The notes: generated from the sequence alone by a model not told the origin. 64,000 nucleotides of DNA from Alphaproteobacteria bacterium (GCA_965248835.1 CBDFLJ010000002.1:704001-768000), one strand, 5' to 3'; numbered from the stretch's first letter, positions 53,730-63,958 are shown. A program made the numbers and translations.

Positions 53730-54572
53730 ATGTCGGCTCCCTCGAATGACGGCCCGCTCCCTCGGGGCCCGGACAAAATGGCAATTTCCGCGTTCCACGA
53801 ATTCCACATGCCGGCGTTGGCAAACCACGAAGCACGCCACAATGTGATCATCAACATCGTGAGCCGGGCAAACACCATGCAAGACCAGGGTGTTCTGACT
53901 TGGACACTCGGCGGCCCCGGCTGTTGTGCTGCCCAGGCTCCAGGCTGGCCTATCGTATTGGGCGACTTGAACCGGTCCCAGTGTCGGAAATTGGCCGAAA
54001 TCGTGACGGCAATGGATTTTTCTGGCGTCGTTGGCCCCGATTCGACGGCGAAGTGGTTTGTCGAACGAGCGGTCGAATTGGGTCTTTCGTTCAAGGACCC
54101 GATCCCGCAACGTATCTATGCTCTTAGCGAGCCGCCAACACATCCGGCGGTCCCCGGACGGGCCAGACAGGTCACCGCCGAAGATGCCGATCTGTTCGCC
54201 GATTGGCTGACCGCGTTCCATCATGAGGCCGTGCCCGACGATCCGGTGCCGGCAAGAGAGCTGATGAAAAATCGGGCGGTCGAGGGACGGCACTTGTTCT
54301 GGGTGGTGAATGGAGAGCCCGTCTCCATGGCCGGGATAGAACGGCGCCTGCGCAAAGCCGCCGCGATTTCCGCCGTCTACACGCCCCCGTCCCGGCGCAA
54401 CCGCGGCTATGCCGGCGCCGTAACGGCGGCACTGGTGGACCGTGTGCACGCCGAGGGAAAGAAAACGGCCTGTCTATATACCGATTTGAGAAACCCGTTC
54501 GCGAACCGCTGCTACACGAAAATAGGGTTCAAGCCGGTGTGCGAGTCCTGGAGCTTTGCACGGCAAGGATGA
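53730..54572 (+). CDS. GNAT-family acetyltransferase
   Basis: VYTPPSRRNRGYAG and LYTDLRNPFANRCYTKIGF. The start may be 53778. Confidence 0.85.
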   Translation: MSAPSNDGPLPRGPDKMAISAFHEFHMPALANHEARHNVIINIVSRANTMQDQGVLTWTLGGPGCCAAQAPGWPIVLGDLNRSQCRKLAEIVTAMDFSGVVGPDSTAKWFVERAVELGLSFKDPIPQRIYALSEPPTHPAVPGRARQVTAEDADLFADWLTAFHHEAVPDDPVPARELMKNRAVEGRHLFWVVNGEPVSMAGIERRLRKAAAISAVYTPPSRRNRGYAGAVTAALVDRVHAEGKKTACLYTDLRNPFANRCYTKIGFKPVCESWSFARQG

Positions 54573-54953
54573 GGGGCACAGCGATTATTCGCATCACAAC
54601 GGACGGCCGGGCGGGCGCAAATCTACGATCGGACGCATTGCCGCGCATCCTTCGGGCGCGATGCGGCGGCCGACGCCAATCGGCGCACCCGGCAAGACAG
54701 GACACGGCGCACGCGCCCCGATCCGATGGCAGCGCGCGCCCGGCTGCGGCGCTGTGCGTGTGTGCGATCGCGATCCGGGGTTGCCGCTGACGGCGGTGTG
54801 CGACCCGTGCGGACGGCGAAGACGCTACCGGGTCGGAACGCTGATATAGACCTGCGGTCCCCGCGCGGGCCCACGTTGTTTGACCGTCCGCGGCCGACTA
54901 TACCGGTGGCCGCGGGCGGTCTTCGGAGCTAGGGCGCGCTCACGCGCAACCGA

Positions 54954-55176
54954 CAACGGCGGCTCGGTCGAGGCGATGATCGAGCCGAACGCGGCAGTGG
55001 AGGAAGCGCGGCGAGCGGTGGCGGCATGACCACATGGCTGGGCGACGGCACACTCGCGATGCCGGAATGGCTCGCCCGCGAGAACGGTTCGGTCTGATGC
55101 CGCCTCTGTGCCCGTGGTGCCGCGAGCCCTTCCAGAGGGCCAAGCGCGGCGCCCGCCTCAAGCGGTTCTGCGCGGC
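54954..55176 (+). repeat. About 220-bp direct repeat, copy 1 (phage-like small ORFs)
   Basis: Near-identical to 58131-58348; encodes CPWCREPF...KRFC. Confidence 0.9.
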
Positions 55177-55552
55177 GGTTCGACCAATGCCGCGCCGGTG
55201 GCGGCTGCGGGGCATGATCAGGCGGTCGATGAGGGTGCTGTGGTGAAGCCGCGCGATGGGTCCGGAAGCTTCCGGCACAAGCGCGGCGAACGCTGCCGCC
55301 CAGGTCGCGCAGGCTCATAGCCTGAAGGTCGTTGGTTGGAATCCAACCCCGGGATCCAAAGAAATTCCGTTATATCAATGACTTAAAGGAAATTTTCTTA
55401 TCCGATCATCGTGAGCGATCTGGGGCGTGGACCCATGAGGGAGCGCAGTCGTGCGCGTGTCCGAGAGGTCGTGCGGGCGCGGCAGGCCGCGTTTGGTCGT
55501 TGGGCAGTGAACCACCTGGGCTCAGGGCACAAGGAAAAGTCTTGTGAGGTGG

Positions 55553-55565
55553 ACGGTAATACCGT
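55553..55565. promoter_or_regulatory. Palindromic operator upstream of higBA
   Basis: ACGGTA-A-TACCGT, ending 11 nt before the higB ATG. Confidence 0.5.
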
Positions 55566-55576
55566 ACACATGTCGT

Positions 55577-55867
55577 ATGATCGTTCGCTCTGTCCGTCAC
55601 CGGGGATTGCGCCGCCTAGTTGAGGACGACAACCCCAGGTTTCTGCGGCAGGACCTCGTTGACCGGGTGCGCAAGATATTGACAGTACTCATCCTGGCCG
55701 AGCACATCGACGAGTTTGTTGCCGACGCGCCGCCTGGCTGGCGCGTGCACCGGCTCTCCGGTGACCGGCAGAACGACTGGAGCGTTTCGGTCTCCGGCAA
55801 TTGGCGGGTCACATTTGAAGAGGAGGACGGCTACATCGACCGTTTGAACTTGGAGGATTACCACTGA
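55577..55867 (+). CDS. higB: HigB/RelE-type toxin
   Basis: HRGLRRL, HRLSGDR, WSVSVSGNWRVTF and LEDYH. Confidence 0.9.
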   Translation: MIVRSVRHRGLRRLVEDDNPRFLRQDLVDRVRKILTVLILAEHIDEFVADAPPGWRVHRLSGDRQNDWSVSVSGNWRVTFEEEDGYIDRLNLEDYH

Positions 55868-56172
55868 TGGCTACCAACGGCATCAAAGTGAACATGACCC
55901 CTTCGCATCCGGGCGCTTTCATCCGCACGGAGGTTATTGGGGCGTTGGGACTGAACGTAACGAGGGCGGCCCAGATTCTCGGGGTCCGCCGGGCCACGCT
56001 TTCGGCCCTGCTGAACGGCAATGCGGCGCTGTCGGCGGAGATGGCCCTACGCATCGAGAAGGCCTTCGACGTCAGCATGGACATGCTGCTTCGGATGCAG
56101 GCCTGGTACGACGCCTCCCGGATGCGGGCACGCGCAAGCGAAATCGCTGTTCAGCGCTACGAGCCTGCCTGA
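55867..56172 (+). CDS. higA: HigA antitoxin
   Basis: HPGAFIR, LSAEMALRIEKAF and LRMQ...YD. Confidence 0.9.
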   Translation: MATNGIKVNMTPSHPGAFIRTEVIGALGLNVTRAAQILGVRRATLSALLNGNAALSAEMALRIEKAFDVSMDMLLRMQAWYDASRMRARASEIAVQRYEPA

Positions 56173-56191
56173 CTAAGGTGAAGTGACGGCT

Positions 56192-56471
56192 ATGCAGAAT
56201 CCTCCGCATCCGGCGGCATCGTGAGGCGACAATACCTCGAACCGCCGGGCCTGTCCGTGACCCGGCCGCCGCAGGCCTCGGCGTGACCCGTCAAGCTTTG
56301 TCAGAGCCGGTCAACGAGCGTGGCGGCCTCTCCGTCGAGATGTCGATCCGCCTGTCCAAAGCATTCGGGTCGACGCCGGAGACCTGGCTCGGCATGCAGA
56401 TGGCCCATGATCTTTGGCAGGCGCGTACCCGCGTCGACGAGATCAAGGTCGACAAGTTCCAAGCCGCCTGA
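56192..56471 (+). pseudogene. higA: Second HigA antitoxin, frameshifted, no toxin
   Basis: MQNPPHP, GIVRRQYLE and LSVEMSIRLSKAFGSTPETWLGMQ are split across frames. Confidence 0.8.
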
Positions 56472-56723
56472 TTTTGAACGTAGCGGTCGATGAACCCGGT
56501 TCGACTGGAAAAGGTCAGGCACGACCGCGAGGACAAGGGCGCGGTCTATATCCGCCGCAAGGTCGTGGGCCGCAAGACGGCGGGCGTCGCGAAGGTCAAG
56601 CGAGCATGACGGCGGGCGAATTCACGGCCGGCGATTGGGGTCGACCGCCTCGCGCCGGCGCTTCCCAAGCTGGCCGAAGCGCAGGAGCCCTGGCTGCAAG
56701 AGCATTACAGGCAGACTCATCGC

Positions 56724-57956
56724 GTGCTTGCCCCGGATGCCGGGCAGAACAGCAACCCGCCGGTATTTCCTCTGGGCGATGTGCAGACCCTGTATACCAG
56801 GGCGTGCTACGCCAAGGGTTCCAGTGAAGAGAAGCAATATGCGATGCTGCTCGCGGTGCTGGACCCCGTGCGGGGCATTCTGTGTTCGCATCCCACGCTG
56901 GCGCGGGTCGTGGGGCGGATCATCGGCAGAGACGCTTTCTGGATGCAGATCTTCGGCAGCGGCCGTTCGACGTCCCTGACGGACCTGGTTGCGGGACTGA
57001 TGGCGCGTGCCGATGAGCTGCCCGGCGAGCGCTTCCGGGCGGCGGCGAGCGAACTGAACGCGTTTCTTGCCCCGGCCGGGGACGGAGAGTCGTCCGGCGT
57101 ACTCGGCGACCTGGAAGTCGGATGCGACGCGGTGCTCTTTTGGGGGCTGACCCTGAAGGAAAGGATCGACATCGCAGACGGCATGGCGATCATCCCATTC
57201 GGGCAGGTGCGAGCGTATGTGGACGAGCGCTTGGTGAAAAAACTCGCCCCGCGGGGGGCCGGTTTCCAGGGCTGGCGGTCGGTCGGGGCAGCGGTGAGAC
57301 CGTTCCGATGGCGGCCTGCGTTCCGCCGGACGGGTTACCAAGGAGGGCCGGAACCGGAGCGGCCGGGACCGTTCTTCCGGGACGCGCGAATTTTCTTGGA
57401 GCTGCTTGCGGTAGCCCACGCGGCGCCCGTGCTGCGTCTTGCGGAATTGAGCAACTGCATCGACCGGTCCGCCGGCAGGCTCCTGGGCCGGGAGCGCCAT
57501 GGCCCCGGGTTCTACCGGAGCTGGCCGGCACACGGGTTCGACGGGTTCGAGATATCGCCGGCGCTTGCAGCGGAGGCGCTCGCGGAAGCGAAGGAAGCGT
57601 TCGTCAACCGCAAGAGTGATCGGTACGGGAGAATGGCGCCGATCGTCGGGCGGCTTGCCGAAGCACTTGCACGCGACGGGCAATACGCGGCGGAGGACAA
57701 GGTTCTGGATGTGGCGATTGCCCTGGAGAGGATGTTCAGACCAGAGGACAGGGGAATCAGCACCCAACTCCAAAAGAGCGTAGCTGACTTACTGGGGGGC
57801 GTCGATGATGCCTTCGAGCCCGCCGCCAGGCTGCGAAGCGTCGCGATGAGGAGCGTGATCGCCGCCCGGGGCGTGCCTTCCGGAGCTGCGGGGCGGCAGC
57901 CTGTCACCGGGCCGGCGACGAAGGCCCGCGCGCCAACGTCATATCCGGGGCCTTGA
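56724..57956 (+). pseudogene. Probable ApeA-like HEPN protein with degenerate C-terminus
   Basis: LDVAIALERMF...ISTQL...ADLLG resembles the start of a HEPN domain; no RX4-6H motif follows. Confidence 0.5.
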
Positions 57957-58130
57957 CGCCCCGGCCTCATTGGAGCCGGCGGGGCCTGCCGGCTTTCGCT
58001 TAGGCCGTTCGGCACCCGACCCCGAGACCGGCGCCGGTCGCATCGGCGAGCACGGCGTCCTTGTCATCGACAAGCCGCGCGACGTGATCGAGGGCGCCTG
58101 TCGTAGCAAGGCCCGTACGCGGCACCCCGC

Positions 58131-58348
58131 CAACGGCGGCTCGGGCGAGGCGATGATCGAGCCGAACGCGGCAGTGGAGGAAGCGCGGCGAGCGGCGGCG
58201 GCATGACCACATGGCTGGGCGACGGCACACTCGCGATGCCGGAATGGCTCGCCCGCGGGAACGGTCCGGTCTGATGCCGCCTCTGTGCCCGTGGTGCCGC
58301 GAGCCCTTCGAGACGGCGCGGCGCCCGCCTCAAGCGGTTCTGCGCGGC
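58131..58348 (+). repeat. About 220-bp direct repeat, copy 2
   Basis: Matches 54954-55176 with a few substitutions and a short indel. Confidence 0.9.
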
Positions 58349-58517
58349 CGGGTGCAAGGACAAGGGGGACGCGGCCGTCCGGATATTGGATGACACGGCC
58401 GCCATTGCCGAACACTCTCGGATTGCCCGCCGCGCGATTTCGAGTCACGCTCAACCGTGTCGGAGGGACCCATATGGTGCATCCCGGTCAAGCGGCCCGA
58501 ATATTTTGACGACGGAC

Positions 58518-58695
58518 ATGCCGAAGGCCGGCGCCGACCCGAACGTCTCGAACAATGACGGCAACACGCCGCTGCATCTCGCGATCCGGCACGGCATCGC
58601 CGAGCTGGTCCGGGCTCTGCGCGCGGGCAGCACGGACCCGGATCTCAAGGACCGGCAGAGCAGTGCTCGGTTGCATCTCGCGGCCCGGCGCCGCA
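58518..58695 (+). pseudogene. Ankyrin-repeat gene fragment
   Basis: AGADPNVSNNDGNTPLHLAIRHGIAELVRAL. Confidence 0.78.
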
Positions 58696-58711
58696 GCGCC
58701 AGGATCGTATC

Positions 58712-58856
58712 GTGGACGGTCAGGAAACAACCCTCGGCAAGTACGACGGCTGCACCATCCCGCCGGGCGAAGTCCGCAAGATCGAAAACCGCCGCAACGA
58801 TGTCCGCACGATGCCTGTCGTCGCTTGTCGTCATCCCTTGCCCGCCGGAGACGTGA
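58712..58856 (+). pseudogene. C-terminal fragment of a cupin-like gene
   Basis: VDGQETTLGKYDGCTIPPGEVRKIEN directly before the SDR gene. Confidence 0.55.
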
Positions 58857-58859
58857 GAT

Positions 58860-59657
58860 ATGAACGCTTTGGCAAATCACCTGTCGATATTCGACGTCAA
58901 GGACAGGGTGGCGCTGATCACCGGTGCGTCCGGCGCTTTGGGCATGGTTGCGGCGCGCGTGCTGGCCGGCGCCGGCTGCAAGCTCGCGCTCGCGTCCGGA
59001 AACCGCTCGGCGCTCGATCAGATAACCGAGGCGTGCCGCGGCATGGGCGTCGACGTTACGGCGATCAACACCCGCCCGAGCGATGAGGAGACCTGTAACG
59101 GCCTTGTGGCCCAGGCAGTGGACGCCTTCGGCCGGCTCGACATCCTCGTCGTCGCCTCGGGCATGAACAAGGTGGCGCTTATCAACGACATGGCGCCCGA
59201 GACGTTCCGGTCGATCATGGACGCCAATGTCACACAGGCCTGGCTGCTGGCGCGCGCCGCCGCCGGGCAGATGAAGGCGCAGGGAGAGGGCGGCAAGATT
59301 GTCCTGGTGTCTTCGGCGCGCGGCCTTCTGGGCCACCCGGCGGGTTACACCGCCTACTGCGCCTCCAAGGCCGCGACCGACGGAATCACGAAAGCGCTTG
59401 GCTGCGAATTGGGGCCGACAGGCATAACGGTAAACGCCATCGCGCCGACCGTGTTCCGTTCTTCCCTGACGGCATGGATGTTCGAGGATACCGACGAAGC
59501 CAAGAGGGTCCGCGAAGGCATCCTGACCCGAGTGCCGAAAGGGCGCTTGGGCGAACCGGAAGATCTTGCCGGTCCGTTGCTGTTTCTCACCTCGAGGGCC
59601 TCCGATTTTTACACCGGCCACATCCTCTACGCCGACGGCGGATATACGGCGGGCTGA
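58860..59657 (+). CDS. Short-chain dehydrogenase/reductase
   Basis: TGASGALG, catalytic YCASK, NAIAP and DGG. Confidence 0.92.
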   Translation: MNALANHLSIFDVKDRVALITGASGALGMVAARVLAGAGCKLALASGNRSALDQITEACRGMGVDVTAINTRPSDEETCNGLVAQAVDAFGRLDILVVASGMNKVALINDMAPETFRSIMDANVTQAWLLARAAAGQMKAQGEGGKIVLVSSARGLLGHPAGYTAYCASKAATDGITKALGCELGPTGITVNAIAPTVFRSSLTAWMFEDTDEAKRVREGILTRVPKGRLGEPEDLAGPLLFLTSRASDFYTGHILYADGGYTAG

Positions 59658-59818
59658 GGAGCTTATCGGCGATCCGATCGAGCGGGCGGGCGGGCGGGAT
59701 GTGGCCGGTGCCGCCTTGTACCGTATGAACGATCGCCTGCGCGCGAACGCCAGGACGGACCCCTATGCGCTCAAAGCCTGGTGCTGGCAGGTGCTGGCGA
59801 CGGCGAACCAGAAGCGGC
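59649..59818 (+). repeat. 170-bp diverged copy of an internal part of the HigA-ImmA gene (63144-63313)
   Basis: GAGGAGCTTATCGGCGAT...AACCAGAAGCGGC occurs at both places. Confidence 0.92.
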
Positions 59819-59824
59819 ATTGGG

Positions 59825-60110
59825 CACCACCTCGATCCGCTTGACCACGAGGCCGTTCCCGTCCCATAGCACGAACATCTCGCCGGTCGCGGGCACCCGA
59901 CGGGCAACATCGACCATGAGCCGGTCGCCTCTCCCACTTCGGGCTCCATCAAACCCCCTCGCACCCTGAGAATGCGCAAGTTATCCGGGCTCGAATCACC
60001 CTCGTAGCAGACCATCCCTTCGGGCAGATACCAGCGAGCCTTCCCGATCGCGAGCTCCTCGTTGAGTGCGCCGAACCCGGCAGAGGCCTCGACCTCCATC
60101 TCGGGGCAAG
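59825..60110 (-). pseudogene. S24 peptidase (CI/LexA-like repressor C-terminal domain) fragment
   Basis: VEASAGFG...LRVRGGLMEP, then after a frameshift DRLMVD...GEMFVLWDGNGLVVKRIE. Confidence 0.72.
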
Positions 60111-60159
60111 CTCATCCTGTCCAAGAAGGATCGGATTGTCGGCGTGCATGGCTAAAGGT

Positions 60160-61086
60160 CTACGCTGATCTGGTTTCTTCAAGAACGGCTTCGAGTGCTT
60201 TTACCAGTGCAGTTCGCTTGATGGGGCTGAGAATATCGAGATTGCGCTGCCTCCACTGGACCGCGGGCAAGGCATCCACACCCTCGATCCCCAAGAGCGA
60301 CCAGTCGGGCGTACCCTGCTCGAATGCGACAAGAAACTTTCGATGATTGTCCGGCATGTCCGTTACCATCACATCCTTCATGACAACACGCGTTTCGAGC
60401 AATTCACCGAGCGCCACATCGACCTCGGTCATACCGGAGAATCCGCGGGCGAACTCGACGGCAATGTCCTTGGGGCGCAGAGACAGAACCTCAGCCACCG
60501 GTCTACGATGGCTCAGGAGATAAACGATAAAGGCGCGCCGCAGCGCTTCATCGACGCCTTCACGGGCGAAGAGAACACGTATATCGAAGAGATCACGCGG
60601 ATGCTGCCGGTCGAATGCGGCGACCAACTTTCCACCGAACAGGTCAGCAAACGACACGACTTTGATTTCTGCAAATCCGAACATGGCTTCAACAGGCGGT
60701 GAAACGCCCATGAGCGAAGGCTCATAGACGGTACCACGCAGCACAGGCGTGACCTCGATCTTGATCTGAACGCCGCGCACGCGCACGGTAAGCCTGTAGA
60801 CCGCTCCTTCCGGCAAACGACTTTCATTAACGCGCGCGCCGGGGAACGCATCGCCAATCGCCCCGCCGATGCGTGTCATTGCCGCACTGATGGCCGCAAG
60901 GGACTCATCGCGTGGTGCTACCGGCAGGAAAGCGAGATCGATATCGACCGACAGGCGCGGCATTTCGCGATGAAAGAGATTGATGGCTGTGCCGCCCTTG
61001 AGGGCAAACGCCTCTTCTGTGGCGACATAGGGAAGCACGCGCACCAGCAGGGCGACCTGAGCGCGATATTGGTCACGAAACGGCAT
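60160..61086 (-). CDS. abiEii: Type IV TA toxin, AbiEii nucleotidyltransferase
   Basis: ALKGGTAINLF...RLSVDIDL and KLVAAFDRQHPRDLFD. Confidence 0.92.
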   Translation of the reverse strand: MPFRDQYRAQVALLVRVLPYVATEEAFALKGGTAINLFHREMPRLSVDIDLAFLPVAPRDESLAAISAAMTRIGGAIGDAFPGARVNESRLPEGAVYRLTVRVRGVQIKIEVTPVLRGTVYEPSLMGVSPPVEAMFGFAEIKVVSFADLFGGKLVAAFDRQHPRDLFDIRVLFAREGVDEALRRAFIVYLLSHRRPVAEVLSLRPKDIAVEFARGFSGMTEVDVALGELLETRVVMKDVMVTDMPDNHRKFLVAFEQGTPDWSLLGIEGVDALPAVQWRQRNLDILSPIKRTALVKALEAVLEETRSA

Positions 61087-61909
61087 CCAGATCCTTCGGG
61101 ACGGTGATCTGATAGACCGGATCGAACCGGCCGCCGCGTACCAGCATGCGCTTGCCCTTGCCGAGATCGATCGCATCACGGTCGATCCGCTTCAGCCAGG
61201 CATGGGCACTGCGATCGGCGAAGAAGAAGAACAGACGCTTGATCTTGACGTTCGTGCAGCGCTTCAGCAACGCTTGAAGACGGCCCGGGCGCAGGTTGAC
61301 AAGCCCCTCCATGAGCTTGTCTACCTGGTGAAAGCTCTCACGAGCCGGCAGCTCGTCCAGCAGCTCCAGCAGCGCCCGCTCCGGGACCGAGAGCGCGAGC
61401 GGCCACCGCCACTGGCCCCATGGCCTGTTGAGGACATCTTCGGCTTCCGTGGCAAACGAGCCCTCATTGTCTTGCTCTTCAAGACGAGCGAGGCCACGGT
61501 CTACCGGATCATCGAGAAACACCCTGCCGGTGCGATGCACCACGAATTCGTTTTCGAGCGGCAGCTTGTTGAGCCAGCTGGGCAGGTCAGTCCCGTAGAG
61601 ATGAGTCTCTCGGGCGTGCTGCGGCAGGTAATGCCCGTATCCTTCGAGCTCCAGGGCGCTGCGCCCGCCCACCACGACAGGCACTTGCAAGAGCGTCTGA
61701 AGCGAGATGACGACCTGTTCCCAGCTAAGCGTGCCCCGCGGCCGTCGATAGACCCTGTAGGCCGGCTGCTCCAGCCAGCCGAGATCAACGTATTTCTTGC
61801 GCAGCGAGCGGTAATAGCCCCGCGCTTCCAGCCAAGCCGCATCAACCAGCAGACCTTCGGGCAGCTCGCGGCCTAGCTGGTTTAGCTTTCCTGCATTCCG
61901 TTCATTCAT
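61073..61909 (-). CDS. abiEi: Type IV TA antitoxin AbiEi
   Basis: LPEGLLVDAAWL, SVPERALLE and KIKRLFFFFA; overlaps abiEii. Confidence 0.9.
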   Translation of the reverse strand: MNERNAGKLNQLGRELPEGLLVDAAWLEARGYYRSLRKKYVDLGWLEQPAYRVYRRPRGTLSWEQVVISLQTLLQVPVVVGGRSALELEGYGHYLPQHARETHLYGTDLPSWLNKLPLENEFVVHRTGRVFLDDPVDRGLARLEEQDNEGSFATEAEDVLNRPWGQWRWPLALSVPERALLELLDELPARESFHQVDKLMEGLVNLRPGRLQALLKRCTNVKIKRLFFFFADRSAHAWLKRIDRDAIDLGKGKRMLVRGGRFDPVYQITVPKDLDAVS

Positions 61910-62234
61910 GGTGTACAAAATAGCAATTTTGTGAACTGTCGTCCAGTTTAGAAAATCTGCTTTCCGTACACTCTGGGTGTACAAAAGCACCCATTAAAAA
62001 ACCAACACGGCGCTTCGCATAGCGACGATCACTATTTCAGAATGCCCATGACCACCATGATGACGATGATCATGATCGGCACGACCGGCATGCCCATCAA
62101 CATGGCCATCAGGCCGGCCATGCCCAGCGGGGCCACCTTTCGCGGTGTATGCGCCGATCAGGATGTCGGTATCAAGAACGACCAGCGCGGGAGGCGTCGA
62201 CCTCTTCCTCGATCAGATCGAGGATGCCGCCCCT

Positions 62235-62379
62235 GACCCTGCTCGCGCGCGACATCGCGCAGGCGATCCTCGAAGGACTGCGACCCAAGGGGCTCAAATT
62301 GGCCACGCTGCTCCGTGGGATTCCGTTCGTCTGGGAGGAGCGGCGGCGGGCATTCGGATTTTGCCCGGACTCGCGTTGA
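62235..62379 (+). pseudogene. C-terminal fragment of a prophage/recombinase-associated protein
   Basis: LTLLARDIAQAILEG...IPFVWEERRRAFGF. Confidence 0.55.
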
Positions 62380-62514
62380 TCGGAAACGGCTGCCCGGTGC
62401 GGCGCCATGACGACCCTCCCCTGATTTCCTTTCAAGAGCGCCCCCTTGCCTTGTTGCCTGACAGCGGTTTGACCGCGCCGGCGAGCCTGTCCGGCGGGCG
62501 GCAAGACCGCTTGA

Positions 62515-62675
62515 CCCGCAGCGCCAGCATCGTTGGCGACAACCGGGTGGTCTTCAACATCAAGGGCAACAACTATCGGCTGGTGGCGAGGATCAACGAC
62601 CCGGGACGAATCGTGTATGTGCGGTTCGTAGGCACACATACCGAGTATGACGCCGTGGACGTGAAGGAGGTGTGA
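62515..62675 (+). pseudogene. higB: HigB toxin, N-terminal half missing
   Basis: RVVFNIKGNNYRLV...VRFVGTHTEYD with no recognisable HigB start. Confidence 0.85.
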
Positions 62676-62676
62676 G

Positions 62677-63903
62677 ATGGCCAATAGCAAGATCAAGCCA
62701 ATTCGGACCGAGAAGGACTACGAGGCCGCGCTCGCGCGGATCGACGCGCTGATGGAGGCAAAGCCCGGCAGCACGGAGTTCGACGATCTCGACGTCCTGG
62801 TCGATCTCGTCGAGCACTATGAGAGCAAGCACGAGCCAATGGCCTATCCGAGCCCGCTGGCCGCGATCGAGTTCCGCATGGAGCAGGGCGGCTTGAGCCC
62901 GCGCGACCTGATCCTCTTCATCGGAAGCCGCGCGAAGGTCTCCGAGGTTCTCTCCGGCAAGCGCGCGATCACCATGCCGATGGCGCGCGCGCTCCATAAG
63001 CATCTTGGGATTCCGGGGGATGTGTTGCTCCGGGAGCGCGGTGCAGCGCTTGACGAGCCGTTGGCCGACATCGAGTGGAGCCGGTTTCCCCTCAAGGCGA
63101 TGGCGAAGCTGGGATGGCTTCCGGTCCTCCCTGACCTGGCGCAGCGGGCCGAGGAGCTTATCGGCGATCTGATCGAGCGGGCGGGCGGACGGGATGTGGC
63201 CGGTGCCGCCTTGTACCGTAAGAACGATCACCTGCGTGCGAACGCCAAGATGGACCCCTATGCGCTCAAAGCCTGGTGCTGGCAGGTGCTGGCGACGGCG
63301 AACCAGAAGCGGCCAAAGGTGGATTACGAGCCAGGCACCGTCACGTTGGATTTCCTCAAGCAGATTGCACGGCTGAGCTGGTCGGAAGACGGACCGCGGC
63401 TCGCAAAGGAGTTTTTGGCAAAGCACGGCATTCTTCTCGTGATTGTGGAGCACTTGCCGAAGACATATCTCGACGGAGCGGCGCTCCGGCTTGGCGACGG
63501 CCGGCCGGTGATCGGAATGACCCTGCGTCATGACCGGATCGACAATTTCTGGTTCTGCCTGCTGCACGAGCTGGCGCATGTGGGGCGCCACATGGACAAC
63601 AACGAGGGCGAGGCCTTCGTCGACGATTTGACGCTGCGCAAGGTGGAGGGCGCGCGAAGAGATCCGAGGGAGGCACAGGCCGACGAATGGGCGGAGGAGG
63701 CGCTGATGCCGCGGGCAGCTTGGCAAACAAGCGCGGTTCGGGACCACCCGACGCCCATGGCCGTCATGAATCTGGCGAATGTGTTGCAGGTTCATCCGGC
63801 AATCGTGGCGGGCAGGATTCGCTACGAACGGCAGAACTATCGCCTGCTGTCCCAATTCGTCGGGACGGGCGAAGTCCGACGGCAGTTCGTTATCGCGCCA
63901 TGA
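62677..63903 (+). CDS. HigA-type HTH antitoxin fused to an ImmA/IrrE-family metallopeptidase
   Basis: IKPIRTEKDYEAAL...FRMEQ...VSEVLSGKR and DNFWFCLLHELAH. Confidence 0.9.
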   Translation: MANSKIKPIRTEKDYEAALARIDALMEAKPGSTEFDDLDVLVDLVEHYESKHEPMAYPSPLAAIEFRMEQGGLSPRDLILFIGSRAKVSEVLSGKRAITMPMARALHKHLGIPGDVLLRERGAALDEPLADIEWSRFPLKAMAKLGWLPVLPDLAQRAEELIGDLIERAGGRDVAGAALYRKNDHLRANAKMDPYALKAWCWQVLATANQKRPKVDYEPGTVTLDFLKQIARLSWSEDGPRLAKEFLAKHGILLVIVEHLPKTYLDGAALRLGDGRPVIGMTLRHDRIDNFWFCLLHELAHVGRHMDNNEGEAFVDDLTLRKVEGARRDPREAQADEWAEEALMPRAAWQTSAVRDHPTPMAVMNLANVLQVHPAIVAGRIRYERQNYRLLSQFVGTGEVRRQFVIAP

Positions 63904-63913
63904 GATAGAGGCT

Positions 63914-63958
63914 CGATGCCCAGAGCCCCGATGCCCGGAGCCCCGATGACCAGAGCCC
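63914..63958 (+). repeat. Three imperfect 15-bp tandem repeats
   Basis: CGATGCCCAGAGCCC, CGATGCCCGGAGCCC and CGATGACCAGAGCCC. Confidence 0.8.

Noticed and set aside
55359-55398. AT-rich imperfect inverted repeat around TATCAATGACTTA
   Set aside because: It resembles short motifs common near alphaproteobacterial mobile DNA, but it is too short to assign a function.
62030-62140. Met-rich or His-rich metal-binding peptide
   Set aside because: Better explained as a minus-strand membrane-protein C-terminal fragment (KVAPLGMAGLMAMLMG...ILK-stop); there is no start or RBS.
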